Assembly (NCBI GenBank): GCA_032718475.1
Contig: JAUCBJ010007160.1
Coordinates: forward strand, 24,846 to 88,845
DNA: 64,000 nucleotides
From: Nemertoderma westbladi
Lineage: Eukaryota > Animalia > Xenacoelomorpha
Reading direction: 5' to 3'
Below, piece by piece: positions 52,086 to 64,000 of the stretch. The notes under the pieces are model-generated. The model did not search any database. It had not been told where the DNA came from and saw only the letters and a program-made list of their open reading frames with translations. Made by a program: the position numbers and the translations under genes. The stretch's first letter is position 1; the number at the start of each line of letters is the position of its first letter.

Positions 52086-53376
52086 TGTTCGCGCTTTCAG
52101 ACCTTTGGCAGTTTAACCCACCAAATTAAGATGTCTTCTAGATATTAAATCTGTTTTTTAGTCTATGACAAGTATTTGATTCACTACACTAGTCGAAACC
52201 AATCCGTGCGCGACCATTCACCCGCTGGATATTCCCGGGAGATTGGGTTCGACGGTTTAATTTTATTGCTATGTAAGCCTAATGTATTATTCGACTGACA
52301 GTACTATATAATCTCTGACAATATTATTCACCTTCGGTAATATTAACAGTTCCTTTAGGACGTGGCGCTTTATCTATATAAACAGAGTTATGACTTAAAC
52401 TACTCACAACGATATGGCTTAATTATAATTCACATATATGGCGCATTCTTTAGGAATTGCTTCTTTAACAGACTCACTCATACACCATGCTGCACAATAC
52501 TGCACACTAATCTGCCAATCTTCACTGATTTTAGTCACATATAAAAGGAACACAGGCTGACTCATGTAGGGTCTATCAAATAACATTAGATTCACTTCAA
52601 ACCACTTTAACATAAGTCACAATCGTTTATCTGTAACCCTTCTCTCTTACCTTCGGTATATCAAGAATATTGGGTTTCGGGGTTGTTTATCGTTATTCCA
52701 AATATAATAATTCATCAACCATATTATGAAGAACTGACGGTAAATAGCAGTATAAAACAACAATGAAAACACTGATTGCTATGAGTTTGCAATGTTTCAG
52801 CAGTCAGCATGTATGATCAGTTAGCAGTGATTCCATGAGTTTGATCGGTATTTTAGTACCGGTATGTCAGCAGCGGTATGTCAGCAGGTAGTCGTTTGTT
52901 AAAGGATATATGCCCTTTATAATTAAACCTACCAGTGTACGACTAAAAAACAGTACAGCACAAAATACTTCCAAGCCGTTCTTTCTTTGGCTCAGGACTG
53001 AATGTAAACACTGCACATAGGCATTGCGTCATTTCTCGGAAATTTTCTGTACAAGGAGCCACAAAACGCTCTAATTGGCTGACTGAACTGAGAGACGCCG
53101 TAGAACAAAGGAAATCAACACGTATGAATGTCAGCTGTTAACCGTAGTCATAGTAACTACTGTTCAAGAGTAGCTATCACCCCTTTGCGTCACGAATTGC
53201 CATAGAATCATAAAATATGCCTTTCACAGTACACATACGGAGGAAATAGGTCTTAGATCCTCTAAAAACACCGATACAGCAATAATACGGTCTCTTACAC
53301 TTATTAAATCAACTACAGAGTATTTTAATGTAAAAGATAATAAAAATAACGGGGCAATTCAGCAAAGGCTTTTACA
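52086..53376 (-). repeat. 5' LTR of BEL copy B
   Basis: Minus strand TGTAAAAG...GCGCGAACA, with CCAAT (about 53075), TATAAA (52921-52916) and AATAAA (about 52265). Confidence 0.95.
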
Positions 53377-53867
53377 CAGTAGTCTGTAATATAGAACGCT
53401 AGGTAGACTTCAGGACTGCCGGGCAATCAGGTCACTGTCCAACTGTATAAAATACAAAATAATAATACGAAAACCAGTTCACACTTCACTTCACAGTACC
53501 GGACATCAGAGAGTCAGAACCAGATAATAGGTTGAGGGGCGGGAGGGCCTTGAAACCGCATTGTACCGATAATACAACCACATGACTTTACCGCAATTCA
53601 ATAATTATCTCCAGCATTAGGTATTGTTAGTACCGGTAAGTTTCAACGACACTAGCCGAACAGAACAAGACTGATAGACTGAAATCAGGTAAACTGATAA
53701 ATAATTGTAGGCCTACCGGTCCCGGTATAGCAGTATCAGAGTATTGTGCACCATTTTGATGACATTGCGGGTATGGAAGCATTTTTTATTAAGTTCTTGG
53801 TTGGGAATTTATTTATATCCTACATATATATTCGGGATTACTGGAATACATTGTACTGAATAAGTAT

Positions 53868-56408
53868 CATTGTTGCTCGTTGTTGTACTTTATTATTGCT
53901 CGTTATTGCTCATTGGTTGCTCGAACTTGCACATTGGTGCTCGTTGTTGCTCATTGCTGCTCGATGTTGTACTTTATTATTGATCGTTGTTGCTCATTGT
54001 TGCTCGTTGTTGTACTTTATTACTGCTCGTTGTTGTTCATTGTTGCTCGTTATTGCTCATTATTGCTCATTGGTGCTCGTTGTTGCTCATTGTTGTTCGT
54101 TGTTGCTCATTGTTGCCGTTGTTGTACTTTATTATTGTCCATTCTTCCTTGTTGGTGCTCATTATTGTGCCTTATTATTGCTCGTTGCTGTTCATTGTTG
54201 CTCGTTGTTGCTCATTGTTACTCATTGTTACTCGTTGTTGTACTTTATTATTGCTTGTTGTTGCTCATTGTTGCTCGTTGGTGCTCATTGTTGCTCATTG
54301 TTGCTCGTTGTTGCACATTGTTATTCGTTGTTGCTCATTGTTGCTCGTTGTTGTACTTTATTATTGCTCGCGTTGTTGCTCATTGTTGTTCGTTGTTGCT
54401 CATTGTTGCTCGTTGTTGCTCATTGTTGCTCGTTGTTGCTCATTATTGCTCGTTGGTGCTCATTGTTGTGCTTTATTATTGTTCGTTGCTGTTCATTGTT
54501 GCTCTTTGTTGCTCATTGTTACTCATTGTTACTCGTTGTTGTACTTTATTATTGCTTGTTGTTGCTCATTGTTGCTCATTGTTGCTCGTTGTTGCACATT
54601 GTTGTTCGTTGTTGCTCATTGTTGCTCGTTGTTGTACTTTATTATTGTTCGCGTTGTTGCTCATTGTTGCTCGTTGTTGCTCGTTGTTGCTCATTGTTGC
54701 TCGTTGTTTCTCATTGTTGCTCGTTGTTGCTCATTGTTGCTCGTTGTTTTTCGTTGTTGCTCATTGTTGCTCGTTGTTGCTCGTTGGTGCTCATTGTTGC
54801 TCGTTGTTGCACATTGTTGTTCGTTGTTACTCGTTGTTGTACTTTATTATTGCTCGCGTTGTTGCTCATTGTTTCTCGTTGTTGTACTTTATTATTGCTC
54901 GCGTTGTTGCTCATTGTTGTTCGTTGTTGCTCATTATTGCTCGTTGTTGCTCATTGTTGCTCATTGTTGCTCATTGTTGTTCGTTGTTGCTCATTGTTGC
55001 TCGTTGTTGCTCATTGTTGTTTGTTGTTGCTCATTGTTGCTCATTGTTGCTCGTTGTTGTTCTTTATTATTGCTCGTTGGTGCTCATTGTTGCTCATTGT
55101 TGCTCGTTGTTGTTCGTTGTTGCTCATTGTTGTTCGTTGTTGCTCGTTGGTGCTCATTGTTGCTCGTTGTTGCACATTGTTGTTCGTTGTTGCTCATCGT
55201 TGTTCTTTATTATTGCTCGCGTTGTTGCTCATTGTTGCTCGTTGTTGCTCATTGTTGCTCGTTGTTGCTCATTGTTGTTCGTTGTTGCTCATTGTTGCTC
55301 GTTGTTGTTCTTTATTATTGCTCGTTTTGCTCATTGTTGCTCGTTGTTGTACTTTATCACTGCTCGTTGTTGCTCATTGTTGCTCGTTGTTGTACTTTAT
55401 TATTGTTCGCGTTGTTGCTCAGTGTTGTTCGTTGTTGCTCATTGTTGCTCATTGTTGCTCGTTGGTGCTCATTATTGCTCGTTGTTGCTCATTGTTGCTC
55501 GTTGTTGTTCTTTATGATTGCTCGTTGTTGCTCATTGTTGCTCGTTGTTGTTCGTTGTTGCTCATTGTTGCTCGTTGGTGCTCATTGTTGCTCGTTGTTG
55601 CACATTGTTGTTCGTTGTTGCTCGTTGTTGTACTTTATTATTGCTCGCGTTGTTGCTCATTGTTTCTCGTTGTTGTACTTTATTATTGCTCGCGTTGTTG
55701 CTCATTGTTGTTCGTTGTTGCTCATTATTGCTCGTTGTTGCTCATTGTTGCTCATTGTTGCTCATTGTTGTTCGTTGTTGCTCATTGTTGCTCGTTGTTG
55801 CTCATTGTTGTTCGTTGTTGCTCATTGTTGCTCGTTGTTGTTCTTTATTATTGCTCGTTGGTGCTCATTGTTGCTCATTGTTGCTCGTTGTTGTTCGTTG
55901 TTGCTCATTGTTGTTCGTTGTTGCTCGTTGGTGCTCATTGTTGCGCGTTGTTGCACATTGTTGTTCGTTGTTGCTCGTCGTTGTTCTTTATTATTGCTCG
56001 CGTTGTTGCTCATTGTTGCTCGTTGTTGCTCATTGTTGCTCGTTGTTGCTCATTGTTGTTCGTTGTTGCTCATTGTTGCTCGTTGTTGTTCTTTATTATT
56101 GCTCGTTTTGCTCATTGTTGCTCGTTGTTGTACTTTATTACTGCTCGTTGTTGCTCATTGTTGCTCGTTATTGCTCATTGTTGCTCATTGGTGCTCGTTG
56201 TTGCTCATTGTTGTTTGTTGTTGCTCATTGTTGCTCGTTGTTGTACTTTATTATTGCTCGCGGTGTTGCTCATTGTTGTTCGTTGTTGCTCATTGTTGCT
56301 CCTTGTTGCTCATTATTGCTCGTTGTTGCTCATTTTTGCTCGTTGTTGCTCGTTGTTGCTCGTTGTTGCTCATTGTTGCTCATTGTTGCTCGTTATTTCT
56401 CATTGTCT
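53868..56408. repeat. Decamer satellite (ttgttgctca/ttgttgctcg), inverted relative to 36984-38490
   Basis: Visible array that generates spurious Cys/Leu-rich ORFs in all three + frames. Confidence 0.95.
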
Positions 56409-56539
56409 GTATTTCTCATGCTTTAGTTAAATCACAACGTGATCCAGTAAGCAACCGAGGGTGGACTCTCTATAGCCGAGGGGCACTTGTATAATAACTA
56501 ATAATCACAAACCCCGTCCTCTTATAATATATAACTCTG

Positions 56540-56606
56540 TAGTAGTCAGTAGTAGTAGTAGTAATAGTAGTAGTAGTAGTAGTAGTAGAAGTAGTAAGTA
56601 ATAGTA
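56540..56606. repeat. (TAG)n microsatellite
   Basis: Directly visible. Confidence 0.9.
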
Positions 56607-57294
56607 AAGGAGATCGGTTTAAACCAAAGTGATAAAGTAACATTATTATATAACATAATCATATAGACAAAGTAGAATAAGATACAGATTCATAATTATT
56701 TTATCAAACTCATGTACTACTTACTTCAATGTGCCAATTGTAATAATAATTAAACATATTATTCCGATTAATCTGCGTTTGGCCCTATTTAGATATTATA
56801 CTGAAGTGTTTTATATCAATATATCCATGCGAGTAAACAAGAAGTGAAGTAAATGTTTATTATTATAGTTTTAGAAATTGAATGATATACCCAAGATAGT
56901 GAAATAGATAATATACCAGAAATTGCCGTTTGATCAGATATTGCAAAGCGGCGTCTTTAGTATAATACCGTAATAGTATCAATTAACTCTGTTATACAAT
57001 GTAAATATACTAAATCTATTTATAAATATATTATGAGCCCTACATTGTATATTTATCCTACAGGTAGACAATGTACTATGTTAAAACTTGATATAATTTG
57101 GTATAATGTATAACATATTACAAATAAGACTGAGGCAGCTAAACTATATTGCAAAGAAATCAAATATCCTAAAGTAATATACTAGACCCTCCCTCCACCC
57201 TATAAATAGTGTTCACCATCTACCCCACCCACCGCCCTTATTACTTCATAATAATGAAAGATAGTACCGGCGCTCCGGTCACTCCGTTCCCTCC

Positions 57295-58439
57295 ACTGGG
57301 GGGGTTAAGTTGTAGGTTTTGACACTATGCAAAATCCGAGCACAGAGTTAGAAGCGCATTGGATAGGCGAACTTTTCTTGCAGTGAAAGTATTTCCATAC
57401 TTATTATAGTTTTCGAGATAGTCAGACATGAGTAGCAAAAATTTGAATTTTTTTGGTAAAGTCTGATTACACCGGTACCTGTCATCCAAAATATGGATTG
57501 TGATATATCGTTAGATGCGGGTCCAAAAACTGTACATTCACATATTTTCAAGGAAAAAATTCGATCAAGGGTTTTCGAAATATTTTCGAATTACCGGAAG
57601 CAGACTTTGGACGACCATATCTCCGGTACCGGTAGGCCTATTGAGTCAAAAATTTTTTTTAATCTACTTAGAACACTCCAGTGAATGTTTTTTAGTTTGA
57701 AAGTTTTGCCCCAAAATGCTCAGAAGTAATTTCGAAAACACTGATCATTTTGCGATCATGATCTTTTGACCCCCTAGAATTGAACTTTTTTATGGTCAAA
57801 TTTTGGCTACCCCCCCTAATTCGAGGGTGAGGAATCTTTTTGTAATGTTAAGTTTTTTCATACGGTGAACTCACAGGACTTGGTCTTCGAAATAAAACCG
57901 AAAACATGATCTTTCCTGATCATGGCCTGATCAAATCGCTTTTTGAAAATTTTGAAATGCTCAAAAGTTGCCCCTTCTTAATAGAAGTCGATTAGTAAAA
58001 AAAAAGTCGGGGGTCTCAAACAAAGTTTTCGAGAAAATCGGGAAAAACCGAAAAACACGATCTTTTTGATCAGGAAGCTGATCTCGAGAACTGGTTGCCC
58101 GATCGAGCCAATTTTTTTTTTAATCAACTCAGAATAGACCATTGCACATTTCTTACAATGAATGTTTATTAGAAAAATGCTTAGATTCGATTTTAAATAT
58201 ACTGATCTTTTCGCGATCATGATCTTGAGTTTTGACCCACTAGACTTGAACTTTTTTATGCCCAAATTTTGGCTACCCCCCATAATTCGAGGGTGAGGAA
58301 TCTTTTTGTGATGTTAAGTTTTTCCATACGGTGAACTCCCAGGACTTGGTCTTTGAAATAAAACCCAAAACATGATCTTTTCTGATCGCGGCCTGATCAA
58401 ATTGTTTTTTGAAAATTTCGAAATGCTCAAAAGTTGCCC
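57295..58439. mobile_element. Dispersed DNA-transposon-like repeat with an internal direct duplication, interrupted by an LTR
   Basis: 57741-57973 is repeated at 58201-58439. Confidence 0.5.
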
Positions 58440-59604
58440 TGTTCGCGCTTTCAGACCTTTGGCAGTTTAACCCGCCAAATTAAGATGTCTTCTAGATATT
58501 AAATCTGCTTTTAGTCTATGACAAGTATTTGATTCACTACACTAGTCGAAACCAATCCGTGCGCGACCATTCACCCGCTGGAAATTCCCGGGAGATTGGG
58601 TTCGACGGTTTAATTTTTATTGCTATGTAAGCCTAATGTATTATTCGACTGACAGTATTATATAATCTCTGACAATATTATTCACCTTCGGTAATATTAA
58701 CAGTACCTTTAGGACGTGGCGCTTTATCTACATAAACAGAGTTATGACTTAAACTACTCACAACGATATGGCTTAATTATAATCCACATATATGGCGCAT
58801 TCTTTAGGAATTGCTTCTTTAACAGACTCACTCATACACAATGCTGCACAATACTGCACACTAATCTGCCAATCTTCACTGATTTTAGTCACATATAAAA
58901 GGAACACAGTCTGACTCATGTAGGGTCTATCAAATAACATTAGATTCACTTCAAACCACTTTAACATAAGTCACAATCGTTATTGGTAACCTTTCTCTCT
59001 TACCTTCGGTATATCAAGAATATTGGGTTGCGGGGTTATTTATCGTTATTCCAAATATAATTATTCATCAACCATATTATGAAGAACTGACAGCAAATAG
59101 CAGTATAAAACAACAAGTCAGTACCGGTATGTCAGCAATGAGACATAGGCATGCAGGTCCGTCCGTTAAAGGATATATGCCCTTTATAACTAAACCTACT
59201 AGTGTACGACTAAAAAGCAGTACAGCACAAAATACTTCCAAGCCGTTCTTTCTTTGGCTCAAGACTGAATGTAAACACTGCACATAGGCATTGCGTCATT
59301 TCTCGGAAATTTTCTGTACAAGGAGCCACAAAAACGCTCTCATTGGCTGACTGAACTGAGAGACGCCGTAGAACAAAGGAAATCAACACGTATGAATGTC
59401 AGCTGTTAACCGTAGTCATAGTAACTACTGTTCAAGAGTAGCTATCACCCTTTTGCGTCACGAATTGCCATAGAATCATAAAATATGCCTTTCACAGTAC
59501 ACATACGGAGGAAATAGGTCTTAGATCCTCTAAAAACACCGATACAGCAATAATACGGTCTCTTACACTTATTAAATCAACTACAGAGTATTTTAATGTA
59601 AAAG
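58440..59604 (-). repeat. Solo LTR of the same BEL family (more diverged, internal deletion, end cut by Gypsy)
   Basis: Colinear with 38801-40053. No BEL internal sequence adjoins 58440. Confidence 0.9.
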
Positions 59605-59899
59605 CTTACATACTCAGGACCTACTGAGTTTGCCATATACTCGGACAAGTGTTAGAGAGTTTTCACTTGACTATTCACTGCATTAACTTCCTTACTGCAG
59701 TACTGGTGTAGGCTAACTACTGCCTTCATATTATACATTTTTATTGCATACCTTTGCATATCCGGTATACTTTATGATGAGACATTAGCAGTACGATTAT
59801 ACTGCCACATTGGTGACCCGACTGCTCAGCACGATTTGTTGAGTCGAACTGCAACCAACAGCCCTCCCGTTATTCGCGCCCCGCTCCAACGCCTTCACC

Positions 59900-60640
59900 A
59901 TGGCTGAGGCAAATGCCGTCTCCCTGAAACTGCCCACCTTCTGGACTAACCAGCCTGAGGTTTGGTTCGCCCAGGCCGAGGCACAGTTCGCCATCCGGGG
60001 CGTCACAACCGAGGCCACTAAGTACTACTACGTGGTGGGGGCCCTCGACCAGGACACTGCCAGTCGCCTCCTCCAGCTGATCCGGGATCCCCCTACTGTC
60101 GACCAGTACGCCCAGATCAAGGCCAAACTCCTCAAGGTGTTCGGACTCTCCCGCCGCGACCGCGCCGCGCGGCTCTGGGACTTGAACGGCCTCGGCGACC
60201 GCCGACCCTCGCAGCTCCTCGGTGAGATGCAGGCACTCCTCGGTGATAACCACCACTGCCTGCTGTTCGAGGAGGCGTTCCTCCGCCAGATGCCCGACGC
60301 CATACGCCTCCAACTCGCCGAGGAGGACTTTCGCGACCTCGACCGCGTCGCAGACCGTGCCGACGCGCTTTGGGAAACCTCCCGCTCGAGCTCACTCTCC
60401 GCTCATGCTGTAGCGACGCCGCTCATCGTACCGGAGCCGGCAGTGCGTACTGTACGAGGTCCCGGCGGGCCGGCCCGCCACAAGCCCTCCACCGGCCCCC
60501 CAACTAGCGGCCGGAGTTCACGCGTCCCCCAGCCTGCTCACGACGACTGGTGCTACTTCCACCAGAAGTTTGGCACCGACGCCCTGAAGTGCCGCTCGCC
60601 CTGCACTTTTCCGGGAAACGCCCCGGCCGGCCGTCAGTAG
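59900..60640 (+). CDS. gag: Gypsy Gag with CHCC motif
   Basis: KLPTFW...WFAQAEAQF; C-x2-H-x9-C-x3-C ([18 protein letters not shown]). Confidence 0.93.
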   Translation: MAEANAVSLKLPTFWTNQPEVWFAQAEAQFAIRGVTTEATKYYYVVGALDQDTASRLLQLIRDPPTVDQYAQIKAKLLKVFGLSRRDRAARLWDLNGLGDRRPSQLLGEMQALLGDNHHCLLFEEAFLRQMPDAIRLQLAEEDFRDLDRVADRADALWETSRSSSLSAHAVATPLIVPEPAVRTVRGPGGPARHKPSTGPPTSGRSSRVPQPAHDDWCYFHQKFGTDALKCRSPCTFPGNAPAGRQ

Positions 60641-60658
60641 CAGCTGCTACGGCCGGCC
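60613..60658 (+). promoter_or_regulatory. -1 ribosomal frameshift signal
   Basis: G GGA AAC in the gag frame, 5-nt spacer, then stem ggccggccgt/acggccggcc. Confidence 0.85.
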
Positions 60659-63600
60659 ACCCCGATCTGCTGCTATTTGTCCTGGACCGACTGTCCGGGC
60701 AACGGTTTCTGGTGGACACCGGGGCCGAGGTCAGCGTCATCCCGGCTATGACGCACGAGGCACGCGCGGGCGGAAGCGGTCCGCCCCTCGTAGCCGCCAA
60801 TAGCACCTCGATCAGGACATACGGACAACGCACAATTCCGCTGCGTTTCGGGACCCGCCAATTCGAGTGGCGGTTCACGGCCGCGGACGTGGACCAGCCT
60901 CTCCTCGGAGCCGACTTCCTCCGGGCCAACAACCTGTTGGTTGATCTGAGAGGCCGCCGTCTGGTCGACGCCGAGACGTTGACCTCGATTCCATGCGGGC
61001 GGACCCCGGGACACGCTCTCCACCTCGGTTCCGTCGCCTCCTCCGACAACGAGTTCGCCCGTCTCCTTGCCGAGTTCCCCGACATCACGGAGCCTCGGTT
61101 CTCCGACCCGACGGTGAAACACGGCGTGGAACTCTATATCCCCACCGAAGGGCCACCAGTCCACGCCCGCGCCCGCCGTCTCCCTCCAGACAAACTGGCG
61201 ATCGCCAAGGAGGAGTTCCGCAAGATGGAGGAGATGGGGATCGTCCGCCGATCTAACAGTCCCTGGTCGTCTCCCCTCCACATGGCCCCGAAACCCTCGG
61301 GTGGCTGGAGGCCCTGCGGCGACTACCGCCGCCTCAACGACGCCACGACTCCGGATCGGTATCCTGTTCCCCACATCCAGGACTTCTCCTCCCGCCTGGC
61401 AGGAGCACGGATCTTCTCTAAGATCGATCTGGTGCGCGGTTACCACCAGATACCCATCCATGAGGTCGACATCGCTAAGACCGCCGTCATCACCCCGTTC
61501 GGCCTTTTCGAGTTCCTCCGGGTACCGTTCGGGCTGAAGAACGCGGCCCAGGCCTTCCAGAGACTGATGGACTCGGCGCTCCAGGGACTCGACTTCGTCT
61601 TCATCTACCTAGACGATGTCCTCGTCGCGAGTCGGTCCAGACAGGAGCACCGAGACCATCTCCGTCAGCTCTTCTCGCGCCTCCAGCAGCACGGCCTCGT
61701 CATCAACCTCGCCAAGTGCCAGTTCGGTCGACCGGTCATCGACTTCCTCGGCCACCGCATCTCGGCCCATGGAGCCGTTCCCCTCCCTGACAAGGTCGCC
61801 GCCATCAGGGATTTCGCCCAGCCCACCACCGTTAAGGGCCTGCAGGAGTTCGTGGGGATGGTAAACTTCTACCATCGGTTCATCCCCTCTGCTGCAGCCA
61901 TTATGCGGCCTCTCTACAGGGCCCTTTCCGGTACCAAGCCGAAACTCCTCGATTGGTCTCCCGACATGCTGGTAGCCTTCCGGGACACGAAGGAGGTCCT
62001 CGCCCACGCCACCATGTTGGCCCACCCCGAAGCCACCGCCCCCACGGCACTCACAGTGGACGCCTCTGGCACGGCCGTGGGCGCCGTCCTCGAGCAGCTG
62101 GTCGGCGGGTCGTGGCGCCCCCTAGCGTTCTTCAGCCGCCAGTTGAGACCCCCGGAGGTGAAGTACAGCGCGTTCGACCGGGAGCTCCTGGCTCTTTACC
62201 TCGCGATTCGCCACTTCCGGTACTTCCTGGAGGGGCGCGCCTTCACCGCCTACACGGACCACAAACCTCTCACGTTCGCTTTCTCCAAGATCAGTGACCC
62301 GTGGTCCTCCAGACAACAGCGGCACATCGCCTATGTGTCGGAGTTCACCACGGCCATCGCCCACGTCTCGGGGAAAGATAACTGTGTGGCGGACGCCCTC
62401 TCCAGGACACACATCGGCGCTGTACACACCCCCGGCCTCGACTACGTCGCCATGGCTGCCGCCCAACTCGCCGACAGCGAGATGGCCGCATACCGCACCG
62501 CCATCTCGGGCCTCGAACTGCAGGACGTCCCCATCGGCCCCTCCGGCGCAACGCTGCTCTGCGACGTCTCTCTCGGCCACCCCAGACCGGTCGTTCCGGC
62601 CACGTGGCGTCGCCACGTCTTCGACGTCATCCACGGCCTCTCGCACCCGGGGGTCCGCACGACTAAGAAAATCGTCGCCGACCGATTCGTTTGGCATGGC
62701 CTCCGGAAACAGGTCGGTGCATGGGCAACAACCTGTGTGCCGTGCCAAACGTCCAAGGTGCAACACCACGTCCGCGCTCCCCTCGGCACCATCGAGACTC
62801 CCCATCGCCGCTTCGACCACATCCACATAGATCTGGTCGGGCCCCTCCCGCCGTCCCACGGGTACACCCATCTCCTAACGATGGTGGATCGATTCACCCG
62901 GTGGCCGGAGGCCATTCCCCTCACCGACACCTCCACTGAGAGCTGCGCCCGCGCGCTCATCGCGAACTGGATCGCCCGTTTTGGCGTCCCTACTGACGTG
63001 TCCTCCGACCGGGGCTCGCAGTTCACTTCCCAGCTCTGGTCCGCCGTCAACCAGCTGCTGGGCACCCAACTGCACCGCACAACGGCCTACCACCCGCAGG
63101 CGAACGGACTGGTGGAACGTTTCCACCGCCACCTCAAGTCCGCCCTCCGTGCGTCCCTCACCGGCCCCGCCTGGGTCGACGAGTTGCCGTGGGTCCTTCT
63201 CGGAATTAGGACCGCACCCAAGGACGACTTGGGCACCTCCACCGCCGAGTTGGTTTACGGTGCCCCCCTCACCGTCCCGGGCGAGTTCCTCCCGCCCACG
63301 CAGACGGACGTCCCACACTCTCCGTCCACGATCCTTCCGCAACTCCGCGAGCGTGTCGGACGGTTCGCCCCAGTCCCCACGTCGCGTCACGGTCCAACCC
63401 CATCGTCTGTTCCCCACGAACTCCAAAATGCCCCACACGTCTTCGTCCGACGGGACGCCCACCGGACGCCCCTGGAACGCCCATATGAGGGACCCTACCG
63501 GGTCCTGGTCCATGGGCCCAAGACGTTCCAACTCGACATTGGGGGCCGCACCGAGACAGTGTCCGTCGACCGACTGAAGCCGGCACATCTAGACTGCACT

Positions 63601-63771
63601 GAGCCGATCGTCTACGGGCAGCCACGGCGTCGCGGCCGACCTCCCAGAGTTCCTCCCGACCTTCCCGCCACTAGGGGGACACCGACATACACACCACCAC
63701 CGCCCACCCCGGACGCCCCGTCTGTTCGAACTCGGTCTGGACGCACTATCCACCCCCCTCACTACCTCTAA
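60613..63771 (+). CDS. pol: Gypsy Pol (PR-RT-RNase H-IN), reached by -1 frameshift
   Basis: [65 protein letters not shown]. Confidence 0.95.
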   Translation, partial: GKRPGRPSVAAATAGHPDLLLFVLDRLSGQRFLVDTGAEVSVIPAMTHEARAGGSGPPLVAANSTSIRTYGQRTIPLRFGTRQFEWRFTAADVDQPLLGADFLRANNLLVDLRGRRLVDAETLTSIPCGRTPGHALHLGSVASSDNEFARLLAEFPDITEPRFSDPTVKHGVELYIPTEGPPVHARARRLPPDKLAIAKEEFRKMEEMGIVRRSNSPWSSPLHMAPKPSGGWRPCGDYRRLNDATTPDRYPVPHIQDFSSRLAGARIFSKIDLVRGYHQIPIHEVDIAKTAVITPFGLFEFLRVPFGLKNAAQAFQRLMDSALQGLDFVFIYLDDVLVASRSRQEHRDHLRQLFSRLQQHGLVINLAKCQFGRPVIDFLGHRISAHGAVPLPDKVAAIRDFAQPTTVKGLQEFVGMVNFYHRFIPSAAAIMRPLYRALSGTKPKLLDWSPDMLVAFRDTKEVLAHATMLAHPEATAPTALTVDASGTAVGAVLEQLVGGSWRPLAFFSRQLRPPEVKYSAFDRELLALYLAIRHFRYFLEGRAFTAYTDHKPLTFAFSKISDPWSSRQQRHIAYVSEFTTAIAHVSGKDNCVADALSRTHIGAVHTPGLDYVAMAAAQLADSEMAAYRTAISGLELQDVPIGPSGATLLCDVSLGHPRPVVPATWRRHVFDVIHGLSHPGVRTTKKIVADRFVWHGLRKQVGAWATTCVPCQTSKVQHHVRAPLGTIETPHRRFDHIHIDLVGPLPPSHGYTHLLTMVDRFTRWPEAIPLTDTSTESCARALIANWIARFGVPTDVSSDRGSQFTSQLWSAVNQLLGTQLHRTTAYHPQANGLVERFHRHLKSALRASLTGPAWVDELPWVLLGIRTAPKDDLGTSTAELVYGAPLTVPGEFLPPTQTDVPHSPSTILPQLRERVGRFAPVPTSRHGPTPSSVPHELQNAPHVFVRRDAHRTPLERPYEGPYRVLVHGPKTFQLDIGGRTETVSVDRLKPAHLDCTEPIVYGQPRRRGRPPRVPPDLPATRGTPTYTPPPPTPDAPSVRTRSGRTIHPPHYL

Positions 63772-64000
63772 CTCTTTCCGAGTCTGGGGGGGTCATGTGG
63801 CGGTGCCACTTACATACTCAGGACCTACTGAGTTTGCCATATACTCGGACAAGTGTTAGAGAGTTTTCACTTGACTATTCACTGCATTAACTTCCTTACT
63901 GCAGTACTGGTGTAGGCTAACTACTGCCTTCATATTATACATTTTTATTGCATACCTTTGCATATCCGGTATACTTTATGATGAGACATTAGCAGTACGA

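Larger units (their letters stand above)
38801..53376 (-). mobile_element. BEL/Pao LTR retrotransposon copy B, full-length insertion, non-autonomous (gag-protease only)
   Basis: Two 1291-bp TG..CA LTRs, 5-bp TSD CAGTA (38796-38800, 53377-53381), PPT gggagcgg adjoining 40091. Confidence 0.95.
59605..64000 (+). mobile_element. Ty3/Gypsy LTR retrotransposon, CsRn1-like clade, coding region intact
   Basis: LTRs 59605-59809 and 63796 to the window end appear identical. PBS tggtgacccgac (tRNA-Trp-like) at 59811. PPT ctggggggg before 63796. Confidence 0.95.

Noticed and set aside
23133-53376. Giant inverted repeat formed by BEL copies A and B
   Set aside because: The copies are diverged independent insertions, and an adapter-marked chimeric junction lies between them.
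53880-56494. 545-844 aa Cys/Leu-rich ORFs (also 37135-38615)
   Set aside because: Open in all three frames because the decamer satellite lacks stops. No evidence of real coding.
59797-63625. Many overlapping and antisense ORFs within the Gypsy element
   Set aside because: Expected from high GC and stop-codon scarcity. No domain motifs.

Overview
AT-rich, transposon-dense animal (probably invertebrate) genomic DNA. One host gene is supported: a minus-strand, spliced, secreted Pro-rich beta/gamma-crystallin-like protein (exons 14012-14316 and 5469-5623). The rest is nested mobile DNA: three decayed LINEs (RTE, RTEX-like, and a CR1/L2-group element with a 2A peptide), many MITE/DNA-transposon pieces, several minisatellites, an apparently intact GC-rich CsRn1-type Gypsy element with a -1 frameshift signal, and two diverged copies plus solo LTRs of an unusual BEL/Pao family. 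This BEL family is the best candidate for an undescribed system. It keeps Gag and protease but has lost RT and integrase, yet inserted recently (near-identical 1291-bp LTRs, 5-bp TSD). It carries a 3' accessory ORF and duplicated hairpins, and in place of a tRNA PBS it has a 12-mer complementary to its own LTR (possible self-priming). A back-to-back SMART/ultra-low-input adapter pair at 33817-33869 marks a chimeric assembly junction, so the two halves of the window may not be adjacent in the genome.
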